Positions 10,299 through 20,187 are shown, numbered from the stretch's first letter. The stretch is 64,000 bases of DNA from an uncultured Acidobacteriota bacterium (GCA_963804915.1 CAWDSI010000035.1:14827-78826); one strand, 5' to 3'. Numbers and translations are program-made. Notes: generated from the letters alone by a model not told the origin.

Positions 10299-11242
10299 GA
10301 CTCGCCCTCCCACGGATGCCCGCCGAGCAGGAGGTAGAGCACGGCCATGCGCACCGCGACGCCGTTGGCGACCTGGTCGAGGATGACGGAACGGTCGGAG
10401 TCGGCGATGTCGGAGGCGATCTCGACGCCCCGGTTCATCGGCCCGGGATGCATGACGATCGCGCCGGGTTTGGCGCGGGACAGGCGCTTCGCGTCGAGGC
10501 CGTAGAGGCGGAAATACTCGCGGATCGACGGGAAGAGGGACATGCCCTGCCGCTCGAGCTGCATGCGCAGCATCATGACGACGTCGGCGCCCGCGAGGGC
10601 CTCGTCGAAATCGGTCGTGACCTCGACGCCCATCGCCGCGATGCGCTCCGGCAGGAGCGTCGGCGGGCCGCAGACGACGACCTTCGACCCCATCTTCGTC
10701 AACAGCCAGATGTTGGACCGCACGACGCGCGAGTGGGCGATGTCTCCGCAGATCGCGACGCGCAGGCCCTCGAGACGGCCGAGCCGCTGGCGGATGGTCA
10801 GCGCGTCCAGCAGGGCCTGGGTCGGGTGCTCGTGCGCGCCGTCTCCGGCGTTCACGACGCCGGCCTTCAGGTGGCGCGCCAGAAAGTGGGGCACGCCCGG
10901 GGAGCCGTGGCGGATCACGATCAGATCCGGCGACATGGCCTGGAGATTTCTCGCCGTGTCGAGCAGGGACTCGCCCTTCTCGACCGAGCTCCCCTTGGCC
11001 GAGAAGTTGAGCGAGTCGGCGGAGAGCCACTTCTCGGCCGTCTCGAAGGAGAAACGCGTCCGCGTCGACGCCTCGAAGAAGAGATTGACGACCATCCGGC
11101 CGCGCAGGGCCGGGACCTTCTTGATGGAACGCTGGCCGATCGAGCGCATCGACTCGGCCGTGTCGAGGAGAAGCGTGATCTCGTCGGGCGTCAGCGACTC
11201 GATCCCGAGCAGGTCCTTGGAGCGCAGGCTGGTGGCCGTCAG
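10295..11242 (-). CDS. pyrB: aspartate carbamoyltransferase catalytic subunit; probable CTG start overlapping the pyrR stop
   Basis: Motifs [29 protein letters not shown]. The conserved N-terminus ([32 protein letters not shown]) is in frame upstream of the first ATG (11149), with no ATG/GTG/TTG available. 316 codons counted from the CTG. Confidence 0.88.
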   Translation of the reverse strand: MTATSLRSKDLLGIESLTPDEITLLLDTAESMRSIGQRSIKKVPALRGRMVVNLFFEASTRTRFSFETAEKWLSADSLNFSAKGSSVEKGESLLDTARNLQAMSPDLIVIRHGSPGVPHFLARHLKAGVVNAGDGAHEHPTQALLDALTIRQRLGRLEGLRVAICGDIAHSRVVRSNIWLLTKMGSKVVVCGPPTLLPERIAAMGVEVTTDFDEALAGADVVMMLRMQLERQGMSLFPSIREYFRLYGLDAKRLSRAKPGAIVMHPGPMNRGVEIASDIADSDRSVILDQVANGVAVRMAVLYLLLGGHPWEGES

Positions 11243-11796
11243 GCGGGCCTCTCGAGGATCCAGACTTCGTCGGCGCGGTCGGTCTCTTCGAAGAGCACCT
11301 GGATGACTTCGCGGTTCGACGTCGGAACGCTCTTGCCGACGTAGTTGGCTTCGATCGGGAATTCCCGGTGGCCCCGGTCGATGAGGACCGCGAGGCGGAT
11401 CGCGCGCGGCCGGCCGAGGTCGATGACGCCGTCGAGCGCGGCCCGGATGGTGCGGCCGGTGTACAGGACGTCGTCGCAGAGGAGGACTGTCCGTCCGTTC
11501 AGGTCGAAGTCGATCTCCGTCTTCTTGAGCAGGGGCTGGGGCGCCACCGTCGAGAGGTCGTCGCGGTAGAGCGTGATGTCCAGCGTCCCGACGGGAAAGC
11601 TCTGTTCGGGCACCAGGTCCGCCAGACGCGCCGCCAGGCGCTGGGCGAGCGGCACGCCCCGGGTGCGGATGCCGATCAGGGCCAGCCCGGGAAGGTCCTT
11701 CTGGCGCTCGGCGATCTCGTGCGCCATCCGGTCGATCATTCGCCGAATACGCTCGGCGTCGAGGATCTTGGCCTTCCTGGTGAGCTCGTCGGTCAA
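11239..11796 (-). CDS. pyrR: bifunctional pyr operon regulator / uracil phosphoribosyltransferase PyrR
   Basis: 185-aa ORF with a TTG start. PRTase motif [13 protein letters not shown]. Heads the pyrB-pyrC string. Confidence 0.9.
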   Translation of the reverse strand: MTDELTRKAKILDAERIRRMIDRMAHEIAERQKDLPGLALIGIRTRGVPLAQRLAARLADLVPEQSFPVGTLDITLYRDDLSTVAPQPLLKKTEIDFDLNGRTVLLCDDVLYTGRTIRAALDGVIDLGRPRAIRLAVLIDRGHREFPIEANYVGKSVPTSNREVIQVLFEETDRADEVWILERPA

Positions 11797-11805
11797 GGCC
11801 GCGCG

Positions 11806-11835
11806 AGTCTATGGGCTAGGTTCCGCCCCCGTCAA
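11806..11835 (-). promoter_or_regulatory. candidate sigma70-type promoter for pyrR (TTGACG-18 nt-TAGACT)
   Basis: On the minus strand, TTGACG (11835-11830) and TAGACT (11811-11806) lie only 9 nt upstream of the pyrR TTG start. This implies a very short leader. Pattern match only. Confidence 0.25.
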
Positions 11836-11902
11836 GAACTGCGGAAAGAAGGCTCCTTTGGAGCGAAACGGCGCTAAAATAGGCCGTACACCACCGCTGA
11901 GA

Positions 11903-13447
11903 ATGGTCATCTACAACGCTGCCACGCGGGAGCTGACGGCCAAGATCGTGTACTACGGTCCGGGTCTCTGCGGAAAGACCACGAACCTGAAGGTGCTCCA
12001 CGACCGCCTGGAGCCCGGAACCGCCGGCAAGCTCCTCAACCTCCAGACGCAGACCGACCGGACGATCTACTTCGACCTGCTCCCCGTCGAGCTCGGCGAC
12101 ATCAAGGGCTACAAGATCCGTTTCCAGCTCGCGACCGTCCCGGGTCAGACGGCGTTCAACGAGACCCGCCGTGTGGTGCTGAAGGGTGTCGACGGCATCG
12201 TCTTCGTCGCCGATTCCCAGTGGACGATGCTGCCGAAGAACCTCGAGGCCTGGCAGAACCTCAAGGACAACCTCAAGGTCAACAGCATCACGTTCGAGTC
12301 GATCCCCGTCGTCATCCAGTACAACAAGCGCGATCTCGCCGACATCCTCGCCGTCGACGCCATGCAGGAGGCGCTGGGCCTCTCCTCGTATCCGTTCGTC
12401 GAGGCCGTGGCCTCCGCGGGGCGCGGCGTCACCGAGACCTTCAAGCTGATCTCGAAGCTGACGTTCGTGGACCTGCTGCGGCGCCTGCAGGGCCGCCGCG
12501 CGGAAGAGGAAGCGCTCGAGAGCGCGCGCGCCGCGGAAGAATTGACCCGCGAGGACGATCTCCAGACCTGGAAGGACTCCCTCCTCAAGCGGGAGTCGCA
12601 GCCGGCGGTGGCGGTGTCGAGGCCCTCCCGGCCCCTGTCGCTCGTGCCCCCCGTGCTCGACGAGGCGCCGTTCGACACGACCGAGCTCAGCCGGGGCGTG
12701 GACGACGACGAGTCCGACTCGCCGTATTCGGTTCCGGCGCCGCCGGGGATGGGCATGACGTCGGAGCCGGAGATTCCCGAGCTCGCGAATCCCGCCGAGA
12801 ATCCGGCGGCGACCGTCCGCATGGACGCCGTCGGTTTCGATTTCGACGCTCCCCCGTCCGCTTCGCCGGACATGCCGCCGCCGGAGGACGAAGCCCCCGA
12901 GGTGCTCTCCGAGGCGGATGAGATCCCGAACGAACTCGGCCTCGGCCTCCCTGAGGGGCTCGAGGAAGCCGTGCCGGAGCCCGAGAATGCGTATGAGGCC
13001 ATGGAGGCGTTTTCGCCCTGCCGCGGCCGCGAGCCCGAGCGGAGCACGCCGCCGCCGCATCCGCGTTTCTTCCGCCCGACTCCGTGCACGACGAACGCGT
13101 CGACGTCCTCGAACAGCGCCTCCAGGAGCTCGACGCCCGGGCGGGCCGCGAGCGGGAGGCCGCGGAGAGACTGTCGGAGGTCGTCGCGGCCGCGGAAAGC
13201 CGGTTCGCGGCCACGGCCGAGCACCTCTCGGCTCTGGCCGAAAGGCTGGCCGCCGTGGAGCGCGGCGTCGGAGGGCTGCACGAGGCGCTCGGGTCTGCCC
13301 TGCAGCGGCTCGCGACCGTCGAAGGCACGGCCGGCCGCTCGGCCGAGCTCGAGGGAGGTTTCCGACGCCTCGAGGCGACCGTGGGCCAGCTCGAAGGCGA
13401 TCTGCGAGGCGAGGCGGGCCGCCAGCGCAAGGACTCGGACGACATGA
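11903..13447 (+). CDS. mglA: MglA-type small GTPase with a long Pro/Asp/Glu-rich C-terminal extension. The literal ORF end is 13447, but translation is not credible beyond about 13010.
   Basis: MVIYNAATRELTAKIVYYGPGLCGKTTNL (P-loop), TDRT, TVPGQ, NKRD, VASAG. The G domain covers about the first 195 codons, followed by an acidic low-complexity tail. After about 13010 the frame turns into Arg/Ser/Pro noise and overlaps the coiled-coil frame. Confidence 0.85.
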   Translation: MVIYNAATRELTAKIVYYGPGLCGKTTNLKVLHDRLEPGTAGKLLNLQTQTDRTIYFDLLPVELGDIKGYKIRFQLATVPGQTAFNETRRVVLKGVDGIVFVADSQWTMLPKNLEAWQNLKDNLKVNSITFESIPVVIQYNKRDLADILAVDAMQEALGLSSYPFVEAVASAGRGVTETFKLISKLTFVDLLRRLQGRRAEEEALESARAAEELTREDDLQTWKDSLLKRESQPAVAVSRPSRPLSLVPPVLDEAPFDTTELSRGVDDDESDSPYSVPAPPGMGMTSEPEIPELANPAENPAATVRMDAVGFDFDAPPSASPDMPPPEDEAPEVLSEADEIPNELGLGLPEGLEEAVPEPENAYEAMEAFSPCRGREPERSTPPPHPRFFRPTPCTTNASTSSNSASRSSTPGRAASGRPRRDCRRSSRPRKAGSRPRPSTSRLWPKGWPPWSAASEGCTRRSGLPCSGSRPSKARPAARPSSREVSDASRRPWASSKAICEARRAASARTRTT

Positions 13448-13965
13448 CGATGGCCCTCTCCGCCCTGACGGAGAGGGCGCAGGCCGCCGAGCGCGAGCTC
13501 TCCTCGGCGATCGGCCGGCTCGCCGGCCACAATGACCGGCTCTCGGCCGTGGCGGAGCTCGCGGAACGCAACGAGGAGCAGCTCACCGCGCTGAAGAGCC
13601 TGGCGGAAAAGCTTCCGGTGTTCGAGGCTCAGATCGAGTCGATCTTCCAGGAGCACCGCGAGCTCCAGGAGGCCTTCGAGGAGAAGACCCAGCTCGGCCA
13701 GCGCGAAGCGGAGGGCCTCCGTTCGCAGGTCGAGTCGATCCTCCACGAGCACCGCGAGCTCCAGGACACGTTCGAGGAGAAGACCCAGCTCGGCCGCCGC
13801 GAAGCGGAGGACATCCGATCGCAGATCGCGCCGCTGCTCGAGGACCGCGTCCGCCGGCACGAGTCGGACGCGATGCTCTTCGGCGAGATGGAACGGCTGC
13901 GGGAATCGCTCGCGGAATCGCTCCACGATCTCGCCGAGCGCGTCCGGTCCCGCGTCCGGGAATAG
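13084..13965 (+). CDS. coiled-coil protein; either a separate gene or the C-terminal part of the MglA-tail protein
   Basis: 293-aa ORF with a GTG start, strongly heptad-like and rich in E/L/A/R (..LEQRLQELDARAG..LSALAERLAAVERG..). Contains an internal 32-aa tandem repeat. The frame is open upstream to 12997. Confidence 0.75.
   Translation: MHDERVDVLEQRLQELDARAGREREAAERLSEVVAAAESRFAATAEHLSALAERLAAVERGVGGLHEALGSALQRLATVEGTAGRSAELEGGFRRLEATVGQLEGDLRGEAGRQRKDSDDMTMALSALTERAQAAERELSSAIGRLAGHNDRLSAVAELAERNEEQLTALKSLAEKLPVFEAQIESIFQEHRELQEAFEEKTQLGQREAEGLRSQVESILHEHRELQDTFEEKTQLGRREAEDIRSQIAPLLEDRVRRHESDAMLFGEMERLRESLAESLHDLAERVRSRVRE
13633..13824 (+). repeat. 2 x 96-bp in-frame tandem repeat inside the coiled-coil gene
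   Basis: IESIFQEHRELQEAFEEKTQLGQREAEGLRSQ (13633-13728) versus VESILHEHRELQDTFEEKTQLGRREAEDIRSQ (13729-13824). The DNA copies are clearly alignable. Confidence 0.9.
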
Positions 13966-14138
13966 CTGTCAGCTCTCGGCACCTTTTTCACCGTCATCCC
14001 GAGCGCTAGCGAGGGATCCCGCAATCGGCAGGCTTACGAGCCGTGCGGCGAGTCGAGTCTCGGGATCCTCGTTGCTCCGCTCCTCGGGATGACTGCTTGG
14101 CGAACGCGTACGCGCGCTGAAAGCGGATCGCTGACAGC
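13965..14138. repeat. nested palindromic REP/MITE-like element between convergent genes; probable bidirectional terminator
   Basis: Outer inverted repeat gctgtcagc (13965-13973) / gctgacagc (14130-14138). Inner arms gtcatcccgag..gagggatcccg (13993-14021) / cgggatcctc..ctcgggatgac (14061-14093). The element fills the whole gap between the coiled-coil stop and the era stop. Confidence 0.7.
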
Positions 14139-14144
14139 CGATCG

Positions 14145-15032
14145 CTATCCCCCGATCCCCCTCAGCCTCGACAGAAACGCATCGTCGTTCCGCCAGTTCG
14201 GCTTCACGCGGACCGTCAGCTCCAGGTAGAGCCGTCGGCCGAGCTCCTCTTCGAGCTCCTCGCGCGCGGCCTTGCCGATGTCGCGGATCATCGTGCCGCC
14301 CTTGCCCACGATGATCCCCTTCTGGCCCTCGCGTTCCACGATGATCGAGGCGATGACGACCGTCAGGTTCTTGTCCTCGGCCTCCCGGACCGATTCGACG
14401 AGGACGGCGTGGGCGAACGGGAGCTCGTTGCGCGTGCGCTCGAGGAGCTTCTCGCGAATGACCTCCCCGATCCATTCCGTCTCGGGCGTCGAAGTCAGGA
14501 AGTCCTCCGGGTAGGCGGCTTCCCCCTCCGGCATCCGCGCCGCGAGGACCTCGAAGAGATGTTCCACGTTCTCCCCCGTGCGGGCCGAGACCGGGACGAC
14601 GTCGTCGAACCGGTGCGCGGCGGTGAGCTCCTGGATCAGCGGGAGAAGCTTCTCCTTGCGAATCCGGTCGATCTTGTTCGGGACCAGCACGGACGGGATC
14701 CCCGCGCGGGCGACGAGATCGGCGATGTAGCGCTCACCCGGCCCGCGCTCGCCCGCGGCGTCGATCACGAACAGGACCAGGTCGGCGGAGGAGAGGGCGT
14801 CGGTCGCATCGTGCACCATCGCGGCGTTGAGCCGGTACTCCGGCTTGTGGATGCCGGGGGTGTCGACGAGCGCGATCTCCGCGCCCGGACGGCGGGCCAC
14901 GCCGAGGATGCGCTTGCGCGTGGTCTGAGGCTTGTCCGAGACGATCGCGACTTTCTCGCCGACGAGGGCGTTGACCAGCGTCGATTTGCCCGCGTTGGGC
15001 CGGCCGACGACGGCGACCGATCCGGTTTTCAA
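14145..15032 (-). CDS. era: GTPase Era
   Basis: 295 aa with a TTG start. GRPNAGKSTL, DTPG, NKID and a C-terminal KH domain (..IIVGKGGTMIRDIG..). Confidence 0.95.
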   Translation of the reverse strand: MKTGSVAVVGRPNAGKSTLVNALVGEKVAIVSDKPQTTRKRILGVARRPGAEIALVDTPGIHKPEYRLNAAMVHDATDALSSADLVLFVIDAAGERGPGERYIADLVARAGIPSVLVPNKIDRIRKEKLLPLIQELTAAHRFDDVVPVSARTGENVEHLFEVLAARMPEGEAAYPEDFLTSTPETEWIGEVIREKLLERTRNELPFAHAVLVESVREAEDKNLTVVIASIIVEREGQKGIIVGKGGTMIRDIGKAAREELEEELGRRLYLELTVRVKPNWRNDDAFLSRLRGIGG

Positions 15033-15037
15033 GCCGT

Positions 15038-15110
15038 CAGCTCTTCAGTGTTCAGTTTTCAGCCTCGCGGATCCCACCGTTTCTGGCTGAGAGCTGAGGG
15101 CTGAGAGCTG
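15038..15110. repeat. long imperfect palindrome spanning the corC 3' end and the corC-era spacer
   Basis: Left arm cagctcttcagtgttcagttttcagcc (15038-15064), 20-nt loop, right arm ggctgagagctgagggctgagagctg (15085-15110). It encodes the odd corC tail ..SSQLSALSSQPETVGSARLKTEH*. Confidence 0.65.
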
Positions 15111-16334
15111 CGAGCTCGGACTCGGCTCGATCTTGACGCGGTACACGCGCCGGCGGTCGGCCTCCTCCACCGTAAAGCGGAGGTCCGATTCGGCGTAGGT
15201 CTCTCCGGGCCGGGGGATGTGGCCCAGACGGCTCGCGAGGAAGCCACCGACGGTCGTGAACTCCTCCTCCTCGGGGCCCCGGCCGAAGAGGTCCCGGATG
15301 ATCCCGATGTTGGCCTTGCCGGACACCGAGAACACGCCGTCCGCGACCCGCGAGACCGGCTCGCGCTCGTCCTCGTGCTCGTCGGAAATCTCGCCCACGA
15401 TCTCCTCGAGGAGATCCTCGACCGTCACCAGACCCGACACGCCGCCGTACTCGTCGACGACGATCGCCATCCAGAGGTGCCGGCGCTGGAACTCCCGGAG
15501 CAGCTCCGAGACCTTCTTGGTCTCCGGAACGAAGTAGGCCTCCCGCATCAGGTCGGCGATCGACCGCTGCGTCCCGGAGCGAAGAGCCTGGAGCGTGTCC
15601 TTGACGTTCACGATCCCGAGCACGGTGTCGATCGAGCCCCGGACGACCGGGATGCGCGAGTACTTGGACTCGACGAACATGTCGAAGAGGACGGTGAGAG
15701 AGGACGCGACGTCGATGTAGACGACGTCCGTGCGCGGCGTCATGACCTCGCGCACGCGCGTGTCGCCGAAATCCACGATCGAGAGCAGGAGCTTTTCCTC
15801 CTCCTTCTCGAGGATGCCTTCCTGGCGGCCGACGTCGATGTACGCCTGGACTTCCTCTTCCGTGGCCTCCGCCGGCTTCTCGGTGGACACGGCCCGGCCG
15901 GCAAAGATCCGGCGGATCGGATACGCGATCGGCAGGAACAGCCACGAGGTCGGGGTGATCACCGGCAGCAGTCGCGCCACGATCCGCTCGGGGTCGCGTC
16001 CGGCGTCGGCGCGGATCAGCGCGATCTCCGTCAGCATCCAGCCGGCGAGAAAGAAGACCCCGCCCCAGAGCCAGGGCCGCGGAACCTCCAGGCTCTCGAG
16101 CACCGACACCGTCGTGAGCAGGCCGAGGATGAGCAGGACCTGGACGGTCACCTTGGTCGTCGTCCGGACGATCTCGACCTGGCCCGGCCCCGAGAGGATC
16201 CGGGCGCGCTCGGGGTGCTCCTCGAGGAGACCCCGCACCTTGATCGGCGAAAGCCGGTCGAGCGCCAGCGCGAATGTTTCGAAGAGCAGGAAGACGGCGT
16301 AGCAGACGCCGGCGGCGACGAGGGAGGCGATCAT
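15045..16334 (-). CDS. HlyC/CorC family transporter (DUF21-CBS pair-CorC_HlyC)
   Basis: 429-aa intact ORF. N-terminal TM domain, CBS region and C-terminal transporter-associated domain. The ATG overlaps the ybeY stop (ATGA). Confidence 0.88.
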   Translation of the reverse strand: MIASLVAAGVCYAVFLLFETFALALDRLSPIKVRGLLEEHPERARILSGPGQVEIVRTTTKVTVQVLLILGLLTTVSVLESLEVPRPWLWGGVFFLAGWMLTEIALIRADAGRDPERIVARLLPVITPTSWLFLPIAYPIRRIFAGRAVSTEKPAEATEEEVQAYIDVGRQEGILEKEEEKLLLSIVDFGDTRVREVMTPRTDVVYIDVASSLTVLFDMFVESKYSRIPVVRGSIDTVLGIVNVKDTLQALRSGTQRSIADLMREAYFVPETKKVSELLREFQRRHLWMAIVVDEYGGVSGLVTVEDLLEEIVGEISDEHEDEREPVSRVADGVFSVSGKANIGIIRDLFGRGPEEEEFTTVGGFLASRLGHIPRPGETYAESDLRFTVEEADRRRVYRVKIEPSPSSQLSALSSQPETVGSARLKTEH

Positions 16335-16851
16335 CGCGAGCGCCTCGCCCGGACGGGCCCGACGCGCCGGGCGGGCCCCTCAGCGGAATCGGCCAGGCCG
16401 AGCCGGCGGCGGATCCGAGCCTCGAGCGCGTCCATCTCGCCGTCGTCGGTCTCGTGGTCGTAGCCCATCAGGTGGAGCAGGCCGTGCACGAGGAGCCGGT
16501 CGATCTCCCGCGCTCCCGGCTCGCGGCGCCGCCGGGCTTCGCGCTCGGCGTACGGGACCGAGATCACGATGTCGCCCAGAAACCCGCTTTCGGAGTCGCC
16601 CGTCGGGAACGCCAGGACGTCGGTCGGGCGGTCCTGCCCGCGATAGCGGCGATTGAGAGCGCGCATCCTCGTGTCGGCGCAGAAGAGCACCGAGACCTCA
16701 CGAGGCGCGCGGTCGGTCGCGCCACGAGGCGCGCGGTGGTCGCGCCCGACGCCGGCGTTTTCGCGGCGCGCGCCGCCCGCGACAGCACTCCCCGCACCCG
16801 GGCGGCCGGAGGGGCGCCGGCGGACTTCGCCTGGACGTCGACCCGAAGCAT
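16331..16851 (-). pseudogene. ybeY: rRNA maturation RNase YbeY, frame broken by a 23-bp tandem duplication
   Basis: The C-terminal ORF carries ..TDVLAFP..HGLLHLMGYDH. The N-terminus MLRVDVQAKSAG.. is in another frame. Deleting one repeat copy joins ..AKTPASGATDRAPREVSVLFCADTRMRALNRRYRG. 521-23 = 498 nt = 166 codons. Confidence 0.85.
16700..16746. repeat. 24+23-bp direct tandem duplication inside ybeY
   Basis: acgaggcgcgcggtcggtcgcgcc (16700-16723) is immediately followed by acgaggcgcgcggtggtcgcgcc (16724-16746). Confidence 0.9.
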
Positions 16852-19176
16852 CAGACCGCCTTCGGACCCGCGGCTTCCGTGGGCGCCGGGGCGGTGCCGG
16901 TCGTCCGTCGGCGCGCCCGTTCGCGGTTGAAGTCGAAGCCCGGGTAGTCGATGCGATGGTGGAACACCGTCGTCACCGTGCGTTCGAGGGCGTCGGAAAT
17001 CGTCGCGAGATCGCGCATCGTCAGGTCGCACTCGTCGAACTGCCCGTCGCGCAGGCAGTCGTCCACGATCGCCCGGATCATCGCCCGGATCTTCGCGGGC
17101 GTCGGCTCGACCAGCGTGCGCGAGGCCGCCTCGACCGCGTCCGCGATCATGAGGATGCCGAGGATGCGCGTGGAGGGCTTGGGGCCGGGATAGCGGTACT
17201 CGGTTTCCTGCACCGGGCCCTGGGCCGGATCCATCCGTGTCAGGGCCTTCTGGTAGAAGTAGCGGATCAGCTTCGTGCCGTGATGCTCGCGGATGGCCGT
17301 CACGATCGGCTCGGGAAGCCGCGCCTTGCTGGCCATCTCGGCGCCTTCCTTGACGTGGGCCGCGATGATGAGCGCCGACATCGAGGGCTCCAGCCGATCG
17401 TGGCGATTGAAGCCCTTCGGCTGGTTCTCGATGAAGTAGTCCGGCATCCGCGTCTTGCCGATGTCGTGGTAGTAGCCCGAGACCCGGGCGAGCAGCGCAT
17501 CCGCCCCGATCGCCTCCGCCGCGGCTTCGGCGAGGTGACCCAGCATCAGCGAGTGCTGGTAGGTGCCCGGGGCCTCGAGGGCGAGGTTGCGGAGCAGCGG
17601 AAGGTTCTGGTTCGACAGCTCGAGCAGGCGGATGTCGGTCACGACCGAGAAGAGGTGCTCGAACACCGGCAGCAGCAGTGCGACGACCATCGCCACGGTC
17701 AGACCGCCGGCGACACCCGCGAGGGCGTCCCAGAGGAACTCCCAGCCCCAGGGCCCGTCGGACAGGAAATGGATGGCGAGAATGACCACGAGGTTGCCGG
17801 CACCGACCATGCCGCCCATCGTCAGCAGCACGCTGCGGGACCGCACCTTGCCGAGGCCGTAGATGCCGGCCAGCGAGCCCACGAGCGAGAAGAGCGCGAA
17901 CGGAAACGAGAGTCCCATGAGGACGCCCGCGCCGACGGCGGAGACGATGCGCCACGAGGAGCGCCGGGCCCATGCCCGCGACGAGGCTCACGACGATCGG
18001 CCCGGCCGCGAAAGGAATCGCGTAGTTGACGGCTCCCGAAGCGGCCTCGAGCGAAGGCGAGAGGGCCTGCGCCAGGGCAAACGCTCCGCGGGTCACGAGG
18101 GCGAAGAGGATCCCGGTGGCGAGCACCGTCCCGAAGACGACCGCCGTCGAGCGCTCCCGCTTGCGGCGGCGCTGGCGCCGGGCGTCCAGCCAGAAGGCCA
18201 GGACCGCCAGGACCTGCAGCACCAGGACTCCCGTGACCTTGACCCACGAGGAAGGATCGGAGGCCGAGGCGCGCACCGCCGCGATCCATTGCGCGGCGCG
18301 GGGCGTGATCTCGTCGCCGCGGCGGACGATGACCTTGCCCCGGGGAATGCGCGTGAAAACGCTCTCGACCGAGCGCGCCGAGCGGTCCCGCCGTTCGGCC
18401 GTCTGCGCCGCGTCGTAGGTCATGTTCGGCCTCAGGATCGCGGCGAGGAAGGCCGCCACCTCGGCCCGTTCCCGCACCGACAGCGGACCGTCCACGAGCC
18501 TCGCAGCCACGGCCGACTTGGTTTCATTGCCGTACTCGACGGCGCCGGCTTCGCGACGGTTCGTCTCTTTACCCGTGGACGAGTCGCGCACCGTGATGCC
18601 GCGGGCGCGCCCTTCCGGCGGCAGGTCGCGGTGGTCCACGACGCCGACCCGGTAGAGGTCCAGGCCGATCGCGACGAACCGGTCCTCGAGCTCCTTAGAA
18701 AACCCCTGACGCGCCAGCGACTGGAGGGCTTCGTCGCCGATCGGAAGCGTGAACGCATCGCGCACGTCGGAGGTCACCGCGCCCCGGGGGCGCGCGCGCA
18801 CCGCGGCTGCCCGCGCCCGATCGAACGACGCCCGGATCTCCTCTTCGAAGCGGGCCCCCGCGAGCGGATCGGATTCGTAGAGCGGCAGAACCTCGGCCGA
18901 GGCCTCGGCCCGCCGGCGCGCCGTCGCCTCGGGATCCGGCACGATCAGGTCGCGCGGAGCGACGACGTCGCGCGGCGCGATCGTGCCCGGCGTCATCGCG
19001 CCGCGGCGGAACGAGAGCGCCGGAGAGAAGGCCATCGTCGTCACGAGGACGTACGCCGCTCCCCAGAGCCAGGGGCGCAGCTGCTGCCGGCGCGAAGGCT
19101 CTCCCGTGACGCCGGTGGAGGTCGCAGCGCGGCCGAAATGGAACGTGCGGCGCCGTTCGGGCGCGTTGTCGCTCAT
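16851..19176 (-). pseudogene. pgpH: 7TM-HD membrane phosphodiesterase (PgpH/YqfF family), one +1 frame break near 17947-17950
   Basis: The N-terminal extracellular and 7TM part is in the ORF 16564..19176 frame. The 7TM end plus HD domain (..YYHDIGKT..HHG..) is in ORF 16851..17918. The join reads ..GMGPALLVA / IVSAVGAGVLMGLSFPF. 2326 nt = 775 codons + 1. Confidence 0.85.
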
Positions 19177-19185
19177 CGCTTGCCC

Positions 19186-20187
<1,002 letters not shown>

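Noticed and set aside
11797-11902. A PyrR-binding attenuator RNA upstream of pyrR.
   Set aside because: Only a weak resemblance (UCCAAAGGAGCC) to the remembered PyrR binding-loop consensus. It lies upstream of the candidate promoter, and no terminator/antiterminator pair is visible.
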